DNA of 64,000 nucleotides, from NCBI GenBank assembly GCA_963797555.1, contig CAWCPV010000007.1:148085-212084 (forward strand), written 5' to 3'. Both the position numbers and the translations under genes were made by a program. Below, in pieces: positions 50,858-59,509 of this stretch; within the stretch, counting starts at the first letter, position 1; the number at the start of each line of letters is the position of its first letter. Below the pieces are notes generated by a model, which worked only from the letters and a program-made list of their open reading frames with translations, searched no databases and had not been told where the DNA came from. This stretch comes from an uncultured Gammaproteobacteria bacterium (GTDB lineage Bacteria; Pseudomonadota; Gammaproteobacteria; CAWCPV01).

Positions 50858-52426
50858 ATGGTGCTCAAGGAGCACGACCTTCGTCAGCTCAGCGAGGAGC
50901 GCATTCTGGAGCTGAGGCAGAAGGATCCCGATGCGCTGGCAGCGCTGAGCATCCGCCTGCTGCAGGATCTCAAGGAAGCGTGGGAGCGGCTCAATCAGAG
51001 TCCCTCCAATAGCTCTCGTCCGCCGAGCAGTCAAGACCCCTGGCTGCGTGCGCGGGAGGACGAAGAGGCCGACGCCGGTCCTGAGGACGAGGAGGCCAAG
51101 AGCCGTTCTGAGGAGGATGGCCTCCCCGGGGCTGGCGGCCAGAAGGGCGCAAAGGACACGAGTGGCAAGACCTCAGGGACGCAGCGCCGAGCGGGCCGGC
51201 AGCCTGGCTCCCAGGGATTCGGGCGCGCCCAGAAGCTGACAGTCACCGATTGGGACCATCATCGGCCGGGAAGTTGTGCGCTGTGTGGTGGGGCGCTCAA
51301 TCCTGAGCAGGCGAAGCCCTACACCGCCTTTGATAGGCTGGACTTGGTCTTTGGCGATGAGCAGGCGCCGGGGCTGCGCCTGACCTGCACGCGGCAGGTA
51401 TACTACCAGAGCCGTTGCGACTGTGGTCATGAGACCCGGCAGGCGCCGCACCGCGCGCCCGAGCACTTGGGATGCTGGCGAGGGGTGGAGCTTGGCGAGT
51501 GGCGCCTGGTGGGGCCGGGATTGTGCGCCTTCATCGTCTGGCTGCGGTTTCGGATGCGCCTGTCCATCCGCCTGGTCCGGGAGTTCCTGCACGAGGTGTT
51601 TGGGCTGGCGCTCGGCATCGGCACCCTCCACCAATGCGTGATGGAGACCGCCCGTGCCTGCGAGCCGGTCGAGGATGAGCTGGTGACCCAGTTGCTGGAA
51701 GCGGCCCTCATGCATGCCGATGAGACACCGCACAAGCAATGGGGAGAGCCCTTGTGGTTATGGGTGTTCATCTCGGCCTCGACGGCGCTGTTCTTGGTCG
51801 GCTCTCGCGCCAAAGAGATGTTTCAGAACCTCATCGAGGATCTCTTCTGCGGCTATCTGATGAGCGATGGGTACCAGGTCTATCGGGACTATGCCAAGCG
51901 CCTGCGTTGCTGGGCGCATCTCATTCGCAAGGCCCGGGGCCTGAGGGATTGCCTCTCGCCCACCCTCCAGGGCTACGGCCAGGCGGTCTATGACCTGCTC
52001 GATGCGCTGATGCAGGCCGTCTATCACGCCCGCGAGGGACCGGGCGGCTCCCTGCGGCAAGCCCACCCGGGCGAGCTCAACGAGCTCACGGCCCTGTGTG
52101 AACGCATGAGCTGCTGCCCTTATGACAAGGCCCAGGCGCTGGGCAAGGAGCTGCTCAACGACTGGGGGGCGATCTTCCGGGTGTTGGATGAGCCTCAGCT
52201 GCCGCTGACCAACAACGTGGCGGAGCGGGCGCTGCGTCACTGGGTGATTCTGCGTCGCATCAGCCAGGGGACCCGCAGCGAACAAGGCAGCCGGGCGCTG
52301 GCGCTGCTCGCCAGTGTGATCGAGACTTCTCGGCTGCGATTGAGCTCCCCGCTGTGCTATCTCAGAGATGTCCTCGCCCACCGACGCCGCGGCTTTGAGG
52401 CACCGCCGCTTCCTGCGCCCGCTTGA
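50858..52426 (+). CDS. tnpC: IS66-family transposase (TnpC-like), intact in copy B
   Basis: ATG at 50858 (MVLKEHDLRQLSEERILELRQKD... leucine-zipper-like N-terminus), CxxC...CxxC zinc finger, DDE region including MHADETP, ~523 aa. Confidence 0.8.
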   Translation: MVLKEHDLRQLSEERILELRQKDPDALAALSIRLLQDLKEAWERLNQSPSNSSRPPSSQDPWLRAREDEEADAGPEDEEAKSRSEEDGLPGAGGQKGAKDTSGKTSGTQRRAGRQPGSQGFGRAQKLTVTDWDHHRPGSCALCGGALNPEQAKPYTAFDRLDLVFGDEQAPGLRLTCTRQVYYQSRCDCGHETRQAPHRAPEHLGCWRGVELGEWRLVGPGLCAFIVWLRFRMRLSIRLVREFLHEVFGLALGIGTLHQCVMETARACEPVEDELVTQLLEAALMHADETPHKQWGEPLWLWVFISASTALFLVGSRAKEMFQNLIEDLFCGYLMSDGYQVYRDYAKRLRCWAHLIRKARGLRDCLSPTLQGYGQAVYDLLDALMQAVYHAREGPGGSLRQAHPGELNELTALCERMSCCPYDKAQALGKELLNDWGAIFRVLDEPQLPLTNNVAERALRHWVILRRISQGTRSEQGSRALALLASVIETSRLRLSSPLCYLRDVLAHRRRGFEAPPLPAPA

Positions 52427-52428
52427 GT

Positions 52429-53338
52429 TCAGCGCTCACCGCGCAGGCGCTCTCTGGCCTGCGGGTGCAGAGCGTAGAGGAAGACCCGCTTTATCGCTCT
52501 GCCATGGCGTTGGTGCGCACGGTCCATGCGCCCGCGTCCGCTGGTCTCGCCCACCTCGCACCAGTTGGCCGCCCGGTAGCAGGTCCCGGCAAAGCGGGCC
52601 GGGTCCACCAGGGTCTCCAGCAGCCAGGGACGCAGCCCATAGTGGCGCTCCCAATCCCCTACGATGCGCCGGCTGCCCAAGGCCAGCACGTGGCTCGCCA
52701 GATGAGGCACTTTCACCCAGGGCAGAATCAGGAAGCGCCCCTGATTGACGATGCGTGCGAGGTGCGCTTTGCGCGCTCTCTCGTCCCAGCCGAATCCACG
52801 CATCGCGGGCCTGCATGCGCCAGGCCGGGCTGGTGTAGGTGAGCCCGCCCAACACCTCCCCCTCCCGGCGCTGGGAGCAGATGAGATAGACCAACTGGGC
52901 CCCAAAGGGTGTGGCATAGCCCAAGTAGTGATAGCGCGCGAGAAGCTCGCGCCACAATGCCCGTCCCTCGGCCTGGCGCACTAACTGAAGCTCCACCGGG
53001 GCCACCTCCTGCAGCGCACCGGCAATCTCGCCGCGGCGTTCGCCCCGATCGGTCTGCGCAGTGCAGGTGCGCCGCCCCTTGGGCCTGCCCGTGCGCTTGG
53101 CGGGAAGCCTCAGATCCCCCCGAGCTTCCAACCGCTCCAGTAGATCCCGACCCTCGCGGGACTTCAGGGCTCCGTTGTCCCGTCTCCACCCCAGCAGCTC
53201 ACAGATGGTCTGCGCCAGCTCAAAACGACTCAGGCCCACGCACATCGACACCATTCGGACGATGGCGGAGATCTCCTCTTCGGTAAAGCTCCGGCCGCTC
53301 GCCGTGATCGCCTGCGGAATAGAGGGCTCTTGATCCAT
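52429..53338 (-). pseudogene. DUF4338-like ORF of the IS66-like element (copy B), frameshift near 52790
   Basis: ORF 52436..53338 (MDQEP...YHYLGYATPFGAQLVYLI...ARDAWI) and ORF 52429..52917 in the +1 frame (GFGWDERARKAHLARIVNQGRFLILPW...WERHYGLRPWLLETLVDPARFAGTCYRAANW...) together cover a full DUF4338-type protein. Confidence 0.6.
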
Positions 53339-53599
53339 GAGCCGGGAGTGTACGACAAGCCGAGCGGCTCTGCTGCGCTGGACGCGCTCTTAACGCATCG
53401 ATCAACTGGTGGGAGGGTCTGAACGGTTACTCGATGAGTCGTTCTACGATTGGCAGCCTCGTAATGGCGAGTTTACCGGACCGAGTGCCGCCGCGCACGA
53501 AACCGAATTCAACAAAGAAAATCAAGGCGACACCCGAGTCGGTGTTTAGCGTCGCGTAGGGCTGACTGAGCGGAGAAAACCATACTAGTAACCCACAAT

Positions 53600-54005
53600 G
53601 CCAATACTAACTCCCTGAGGTAAGCCCCCGGCTTTGCCGGGGGACTCACCGAGGTTTGACCTATACGACGGTCGTCGTGAATCTCCAATCTCCGCCAAGA
53701 GAAGGGGATCCACGATGAAAGAGTACCAGAGTCTGAGCCACACGAAGTGGGACTGTAAGTGCAGGAAAAAGCGGATCTTCGGGGCGCTGCGCCGCCACCT
53801 GGGACGGATCTTCCACGAGTTGGCGGGCCATAAGGAATCGAAGGTAGTTGAAGGGCTTACATCCGGAACCAAGAGCAAGAGGAGGAGCGCTACGATCAAC
53901 TGACGCTGCGGACATAGGTCCAGCCGCCTTGGGCGGCTCCCGGTATTATGGCGCCTTTGAGGCGCTCACCCAATAAGCCCCCGGCTTTGCCGGGGGTGAG
54001 TTAAC
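53600..54005 (+). mobile_element. IS200/IS605-family remnant (deleted tnpA between two subterminal hairpins)
   Basis: ORF fragment 53715..53903 MKEYQSLSHTKWDCKC-RKKRIFGALRRHLGRIFHELAGHKESKVVEG matches the Y1 (HUH) TnpA N-terminus, but the HxH and catalytic-Tyr regions are missing. Near-identical hairpins TAAGCCCCCGGCTTTGCCGGGGG lie at 53621-53643 and 53974-53996. Confidence 0.6.
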
Positions 54006-54354
54006 TTCACCGCTCCAGCCAACAAGCACTTCGAAATCACGACCTTCTATCATAACGTGGCATCTGCCTTCCGGTATTGCTGTATGTGGGACTTCTGCCC
54101 TTATGCCTCCCTGGTTATTTCCACGGGTCAGTCTGGCGATACCGTATAGTTGAAGTACGTTACCGCCTGAAATATGACAGCATTATTCCTGTAATGAGGC
54201 GGATCAACAAAACGTATAACCGTAGTGTTTGCTACCGTTTTACGTAATGACGAAGTTCTTGTCCTGACATCAGATCCCATAGAGTTCTCCTTGCCTATAA
54301 AAACAGTGATGTTCGCTAGGATGAGAAGATGTGTGATTCAACACAACAGTATGA

Positions 54355-54642
54355 CTATTTCTTCGTCATTCCTAAACTCTCGGCAGCTTCGAGCGCAATT
54401 TTGTTAATGTCATCTGTTGCCCATCCATTCTTGCGGATCAACTCAGCCATCGTAGTTCCTAGGCGTGACCAACTTGGCACGTTCTTGTACCCTTGGGCTA
54501 CAAATTCGATAACGATTGGTTCAAGTGTATTGTGTTCTTGACTCGTGCCTTCTACACGCAAGAATTCCACGCCTGTCATAGCATGAGCTACGCTAGTAAA
54601 GAGCAGGAACACAACCCAGAGAGACTGTGTAGCTTTTTGCAT
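54355..54642 (-). CDS. Small secreted hypothetical protein in an AT-rich islet
   Basis: ATG at 54640-54642 (MQKATQSLWVVFLLFTSVAHA| signal peptide), ~95 aa. The surrounding 54010-54680 is ~45% GC against a ~66% background. Confidence 0.45.
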   Translation of the reverse strand: MQKATQSLWVVFLLFTSVAHAMTGVEFLRVEGTSQEHNTLEPIVIEFVAQGYKNVPSWSRLGTTMAELIRKNGWATDDINKIALEAAESLGMTKK

Positions 54643-54936
54643 TTTGCACTCCTCTTCGAGTTTGGCGCGTCCGGCCACCAGAGGGAGCGTAGCTCCGGGC
54701 AGGTGAACGCGTCAAGGCTCTTGAGGAGAATCAGGGACTCGGGCAGCGCGCCACGCAGCAACGTCGGGCGTGATTGGACAGAAGGAAGCCAAGGCCGTAG
54801 TAGGGGACCGCACCTGACACCGTGTGCCATCGAAGGGCCGAATACGGTGAGACCAGGACGAGCCACGAGTCACTCGGTCTCGATGTGGAGTCCGGCAGGA
54901 GGAGTCGCGGATCGGCGTGCCCCATGCGGCCTGCCT

Positions 54937-55070
54937 TGCGCGATGACCTCGTGGCGCAGATGGTGACACCAGAGAACCTGCATGGAACATGGAACCAGGC
55001 GAAGGCCAACGGGGTGCCCCCCGAGTCGACGGCATGGCCATCGAGGGTTTCCCGGCCTTCCCGCAGCGCG
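54937..55070 (+). pseudogene. Group II intron reverse-transcriptase N-terminal fragment, cut off by a REP copy
   Basis: The + strand reads ...VTPENLHGTWNQAKANG(G)APGVDGMAIEGFPAF, matching the conserved RT N-terminus (W..VKANKGAAGVDG...). The similarity ends at the REP-like repeat at 55072. Confidence 0.5.
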
Positions 55071-55071
55071 C

Positions 55072-55108
55072 AAGGATGCGACGAACGAAAGGAAACCGCA
55101 TCGCTCGG
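55072..55108 (+). repeat. REP-like palindromic repeat, copy R1 (diverged)
   Basis: AAGGATGCGACGAACGAAAGGAAACCGCATCGCTCGG; the next ~90 bp are homologous to the sequence following R2 and R4. Confidence 0.5.
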
Positions 55109-55440
55109 GTTGCGCCCGTGCCGCAATACTTGGGACGCTCTCGCCACCCCACCTCGGATCGACTCCTGGCCTTGTCGCCCGTCTTGGGCGCTGGCGACGC
55201 TTGTCCGGAGCAAGCGCGATGCGATGCACGGCAGGGCTCATCGATCTTACGGCTAGGTGCGCAGGAGGCGGTGCAGGTCGGGCCTGCTATTGGCCCCCCC
55301 GATCGCCAACTTCCCGCATCGAAGCGATGTGGGCTTTGAGCTCTCTCGCATACGGGTGCTTGGGGGACCTCGCGCAGCACCCGGTCGAGTAGCGGCTCGG
55401 CCTCCTCGAATCTGCCGACCGAGCACAGGATGACTGCGTA

Positions 55441-55866
55441 TCAAGCTGTAATGTCGACGTTGTGAGGATGCGCCTGCCACAGTGCCTCGCGGATCTCCAG
55501 CGCGCGGCGGTACGCTTGCTCTGCATCGGCCACCTGGCCAGCATCCCTTAGTAGGTTCCCCAGGTTGATCAGGCCCAGGGCCAGGCAGGGGCCGGTAATC
55601 ATATTCTCGCGGTTCGCTTCCCACAGTGTCTGGGAAATCTCCACCGCGCGCCGCAGAGCCGCATCCGCCTCGGCCACCTGGCCGGCATCCCTCAGCAGGT
55701 TCCCCAGGTTGTTCAGGGACCCGGCGAGGTCGTTGCCGATGCTCACATTCTGCGGGCTGGCCTGCCACAGCGTCTGGGAGATTTCCACCGCGCGCCGGTA
55801 CGCTTGCTCTGCATCCGCCACCTGGCTAGCATCCCTCAGCAGACCCGGGGACAGACCCCCTATTGT
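55441..55866 (-). pseudogene. TPR-repeat fragment paralogous to the NACHT-TPR gene's TPR array, bounded by REP copies
   Basis: Repeated ...AEAEQAYRRAVEISQTLWQASPQNV.IGNDLAGSLNNLGNLLRDAGQV... units. The N-terminal 28 codons of ORF 55441..55947 are REP-derived. Confidence 0.4.
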
Positions 55867-55871
55867 CTTCC

Positions 55872-55908
55872 GTAGGATGCGGTGAACGAAGGGAACCGCA
55901 TCGCTCGC
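55872..55908 (+). repeat. REP element, copy R2
   Basis: GTAGGATGCGGTGAACGAAGGGAACCGCATCGCTCGC with an 8-bp stem (GATGCGGT/ACCGCATC); it overlaps the 3' end of the RAYT gene. Confidence 0.6.
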
Positions 55909-55909
55909 G

Positions 55910-56438
55910 TTATTCCCGTGCCGCAATACTTGGGACGCCTTCGCCACCCCAATCCTCCGGGTAGACTCCTCGTCGCTTGAACGCGTGGAAACTGGAATGA
56001 GGCCAGTCGGCTACCCGCCGAACCCATCCGTGCTTTACCGGGTTCCAATGGATATAGTCCACGTGCCGGTTGAAGTCACCCTGGTCACGGATGAGATCTT
56101 CCCAAGAACGCCGCTGCCATAAACCCCTTTCGCCCCGTTTGGCGCGGCTTTCCGAAACGCGCTCGCCCGGTTCGATGGCAGGGGAGAACTGTCCTTGATG
56201 AGACTCCAGCGAACAGAAGACTCGGCATCGCCGGGCGGCAGCGTCCAGACGCAATGCAAATGATCCGGCAGGATCACCACCGCTTCCAGGTGGAACGGTG
56301 CCGTGCCCGAACACTACGGAACACAGTGCGCAGCGCATCGATCCGCTGGACCAATAGCCGATTCCCCTGTCGCTCGGCCAGATTCACCGTGAAGAACCAC
56401 GTGGCTCCAGGAAGCCAGGCACGGCGGTATTCGGTCAC
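55910..56438 (-). pseudogene. rayT: REP-associated tyrosine transposase (RAYT, Y1/HUH family), two apparent frameshifts
   Basis: GTG start gives (V)TEYRRAWLPGATWFFTVNLAERQGNRLLVQRIDALR. Other frames then give ...VILPDHLHCVWTLPPGDAESSVRWSLIKD... (HuH motif) and ...WQRRSWEDLIRDQGDFNRHVDYIHWNPVKHGWVRRVADWPHSSFHAFKRRGVYPEDWGG. Confidence 0.65.
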
Positions 56439-56460
56439 TTTCTCTCGTCCAGCTCTTTTC

Positions 56461-56497
56461 GCGAGCGATGCGGTTCCCTTCGTTCACCGCATCCTAC
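56461..56497 (-). repeat. REP element, copy R3 (inverted orientation, upstream of RAYT)
   Basis: Reverse complement of the R2 consensus: GCGAGCGATGCGGTTCCCTTCGTTCACCGCATCCTAC. Confidence 0.6.
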
Positions 56498-56671
56498 GCG
56501 GGCTAATGACGTCATGCGGCGGATCGTCCCCCGCCTCTGCAAGGGGGAGCAGTGCGTCAAAGGGGCCAAGGCTCGAATATTTCTGCTGTGCGCAGTGGAT
56601 TCATACCGCAAATTCTCCGTGGCCTCGGTTATGCCCGATGGAGTCGTCTCGCCCGACAGCACGGAGAGCGC

Positions 56672-56885
56672 GTAGGATGCAGTGAACGAAGGGATACCGC
56701 ATCGCTCGCGTTACTCTCCTGCCACAATAGCTGGGACGTTCTCGCCACCCCGATCTTCCGGGTAGACTCCTCGGCGCTTGAACGCATGGAAACTCGAATG
56801 AGGCCAGTCGGCTATCCGCCGAACCCGTCCGTGTTTTGCCGGATCGCCGATGAAATGTTACCAACAACGGCGCTGCCATAGACCC
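56672..56885 (+). repeat. REP copy R4 plus a duplicated RAYT 3'-end fragment (interrupted by the IS50-like insertion)
   Basis: GTAGGATGCAGTGAACGAAGGGATACCGCATCGCTCGC, followed by ~170 bp ~85% identical to 55909-56075. The reverse strand encodes ...RRIADWPHSSFHAFKRRGVYPED.GGE. Confidence 0.55.
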
Positions 56886-58294
56886 CATCCCATTACACAC
56901 AACTCGAGCATCTCCGGTAACATGCTGATCTCGCAACGAAGTGGAGGTAGGCATGAGCTGGGCGGCGGAGGAATTCAAGAGCATTGACCTGGGCGACAAG
57001 CGGCTGGACAAGCGCGCGATCCTATTGGCAGAGCGACTGGCGGAGAAGCCGACGGCGAGCATTCCGGGGGCCTGCGGGGGTTGGGCGGAGACGCAGGCGG
57101 CCTATCGCTTCTTCGCCCAGGACGACCTGGACTGGCGCGACATCCTCGCCCCGCACTGGCAGTGCTCTGAGGCGCGCATGAGCGAGCACCGTGTGGTGCT
57201 GTGCCTGCAAGACAGTGTCGAGCTCGATTTCAACGGCCAGGCCATCCAGGGTCTGGGGCCGCTCAATTACGAGGCGCAACGGGGCATGTTCCTGCACGCT
57301 ACTTATGCGGTGACGCTTGCGCGCGAGCCCTTGGGAGTGCTGGATGCCTGGATGTGGGCGCGCGAGCCCAAAGACGAGAGCGGCGAGCGCGGAGGTCTCA
57401 AGGAGAGCATCCGCTGGACGGAAGGTTACGAGCGTGTGGCGGAGCTTGCGGCCGAGCTGCCGGACACGCGGCTGGTGTACGTGGCTGACCGGGAGGCCGA
57501 TATCATGGAGCTGATGGCCCGTGCGCGGGATCTGGGTCACCCGGCCGACTGGCTGATTCGCTCCCGGCACAACCGCGCGCTTCCCGAAGGCGGCAAGCTC
57601 TGGGCAGCCGTGACCGCAGAAGCCCCCTTGGGCGAGGTGCGCTTCACTTTGCCTGCGCGCCATGGCCAGAAGGCACGTGAGGTGCGCCAACAGGTGTGGG
57701 CCAAGCGCGTAGAGCTCTCCGACGGCAAGCGCGGGCGGGTCGCGGCCACCTGCATCGTAGCGCGGGAAGTGGATGCGCCTGCGGGGGTGAAGCCCCTTGA
57801 ATGGCGTTTGCTCACCAACCGCGAGGCCGCGACCATGGAGGCGGCAGCCGAGCTCATCGACTGGTATCGGGCGCGTTGGGAAATTGAGCGGTTCTTCGAC
57901 ATTTTGAAAAACGCCTGCCGCGTCGAAGCGCTGCAACTGAGCACGATGGAGCGCCTGGAGCGGGCGCTCGCCCTGTTCATGGTGGTCGCTTGGCGCATTG
58001 CCCGGCTGGTGCGCTTGGGGCGCACCTGTCCGGACTTGGACGCCGAGCTCCTGTTCGACCCGGACGAGTGGAAGGCGGCCTTCATCCTGAGCAAAAAGCC
58101 GGTGCCCAAGACCCCGCCGCGCCTCAACGAGGTGGTGCGCCTCGTGGCCCGGCTTGGCGGCTTCCTGGCCCGCAAGGGCGATGGCGAGCCCGGCGCCAAG
58201 ACCCTCTGGCAAGGGCTTCAGCGGGTGATGGATTTCGCCGCAGGGCTCAAGTATGCGCGGGAGGCTCATGTTCTGAGTTGTGTGTAATGGGATG
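56886..58294 (+). mobile_element. IS4-family (IS50/Tn5-transposase-like) insertion sequence, 1409 bp, perfect 20-bp terminal IRs and a 9-bp TSD
   Basis: IRL CATCCCATTACACACAACTC at 56886-56905 equals the reverse complement of 58275-58294. The direct repeat CATAGACCC lies at 56877-56885 and 58295-58303. Confidence 0.85.
56941..58287 (+). CDS. IS4-family DDE transposase (Tn5 Tnp-like), intact
   Basis: 448 aa with DREADI, the YRARWEIERFFDILKNACRVE (YREK-type) motif and a C-terminal ARLGGF block, collinear with Tn5 transposase. Confidence 0.8.
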   Translation: MEVGMSWAAEEFKSIDLGDKRLDKRAILLAERLAEKPTASIPGACGGWAETQAAYRFFAQDDLDWRDILAPHWQCSEARMSEHRVVLCLQDSVELDFNGQAIQGLGPLNYEAQRGMFLHATYAVTLAREPLGVLDAWMWAREPKDESGERGGLKESIRWTEGYERVAELAAELPDTRLVYVADREADIMELMARARDLGHPADWLIRSRHNRALPEGGKLWAAVTAEAPLGEVRFTLPARHGQKAREVRQQVWAKRVELSDGKRGRVAATCIVAREVDAPAGVKPLEWRLLTNREAATMEAAAELIDWYRARWEIERFFDILKNACRVEALQLSTMERLERALALFMVVAWRIARLVRLGRTCPDLDAELLFDPDEWKAAFILSKKPVPKTPPRLNEVVRLVARLGGFLARKGDGEPGAKTLWQGLQRVMDFAAGLKYAREAHVLSCV

Positions 58295-58374
58295 CATAGA
58301 CCCCGTTCGCCCACTTATAGCTAACTGCGCGGGCTGTCCACGCGACTTGATCTGGCGCGAGGTTGCGAGCGCTT

Positions 58375-59337
58375 TCAGGGTAGCGATCGCCCCGCATCAA
58401 GCTCTTCTCTGTCAAGGGCCGAACACAACCCGTTCTCTCTCAGGAACGCATAACCATTGAACCGACTGCCCGTATCCAGTTCATCGAGGTCAACCCAGCG
58501 ATTGTATTCACTGGCGCGGCTAAAAGCTTTTTGAATTAGCTGCCACAGATAACCCTCATTCCTCCCTCCCAGAACACTATCAGTATGCGCCACCCATCTG
58601 GCGAAAACTAAAGCGACTCCACGATCCATGCAGGCCATCACTTTGAGGCGCGTGCGTTCGTTGCTGCCAATCCGACTGGTATTGCCGCCCCATTTCTCAA
58701 CGTCACGGAAGTGCTGGTTCCCCATGACTTCAATCGCCTCACTCCTCGACTTGTTCCAAAAATCGAGTTCGAGACGTCGCTGCGTGCTTTGCCTCAGAAA
58801 CTCGGGACGAACACGGTGATGCCATTGTCCCGCGGCATTAGCCTGGAGGACTCGAAATACTACAAGTTCTCCTTCGGAACTGCTTGAACCGGCGATGCCT
58901 TCATGGATTAGCTTATCCAACTCATCTAGGTACTCTCCTAGAAGGTCGATAGCCTTCCGGACATCCATGTGACCCTTGGTATTCGGATCCAGGCGCTTGG
59001 AGGTGGGGATGACAATACGAGCCCAGTCTCGACCGGTTCGTGTATGAGCACAAAGTGCGCGCGTTTCCCTAGTTAGAGCACCGGGATGGTAAAGTTCTAT
59101 AATCGCATTATGCGACTCTACGGCGAACACCGCGATACGGTGACCAGGATTACCTACTGGCGTTAAGTAATGGCAATATTGGCTCCGAGACTCGCGTATG
59201 CTTGCCTTCGATGTTTCAAGTCGATGAGCATACGCGTCGTAAATAATTTCAAGGGCTTTCGCCGCTTCGTGATATCGAGGAGGGACAAAGCGGCGGAAAC
59301 CGTCGCGCGCGTAATCGAATACCTCGTGACGTGCCAT
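58375..59337 (-). CDS. Hypothetical protein (320 aa), lower-GC, immediately downstream of the NACHT-TPR gene
   Basis: ORF only; no recognisable motif. Same strand as the NLR-like gene, 170 bp downstream of it. Confidence 0.4.
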   Translation of the reverse strand: MARHEVFDYARDGFRRFVPPRYHEAAKALEIIYDAYAHRLETSKASIRESRSQYCHYLTPVGNPGHRIAVFAVESHNAIIELYHPGALTRETRALCAHTRTGRDWARIVIPTSKRLDPNTKGHMDVRKAIDLLGEYLDELDKLIHEGIAGSSSSEGELVVFRVLQANAAGQWHHRVRPEFLRQSTQRRLELDFWNKSRSEAIEVMGNQHFRDVEKWGGNTSRIGSNERTRLKVMACMDRGVALVFARWVAHTDSVLGGRNEGYLWQLIQKAFSRASEYNRWVDLDELDTGSRFNGYAFLRENGLCSALDREELDAGRSLP

Positions 59338-59509
59338 ATCTGTGAGCTCCCTAAGCCACCTGAACCGGCAAAGCCGGACACCAAACAGAAAGTAGTCCAG
59401 TCCAGCCTAGGCCGTGCAAGACAGTATGCGGCGGATCGCCCCATCGCCCCCGGTAGGCGGACGCTGTTACAAGCCCGCCCTACAAAAAGCACTGTACCTG
59501 TCGGGGCTA

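Larger units (their letters stand above)
50741..53430 (-). mobile_element. IS66-family-like element, copy B (2690 bp), inverted relative to copy A
   Basis: Same terminal sequences as copy A. The flanking 8-mers TAGCGTAC (left) and TCGATGAG (right) are the reverse complements of the copy-A flanks. Confidence 0.75.

Noticed and set aside
54822-55256. 144-aa plus-strand ORF taken at face value as a gene
   Set aside because: It is a mosaic: its middle is the group II intron RT N-terminal fragment and its end is REP-derived sequence, so it is not a native protein.
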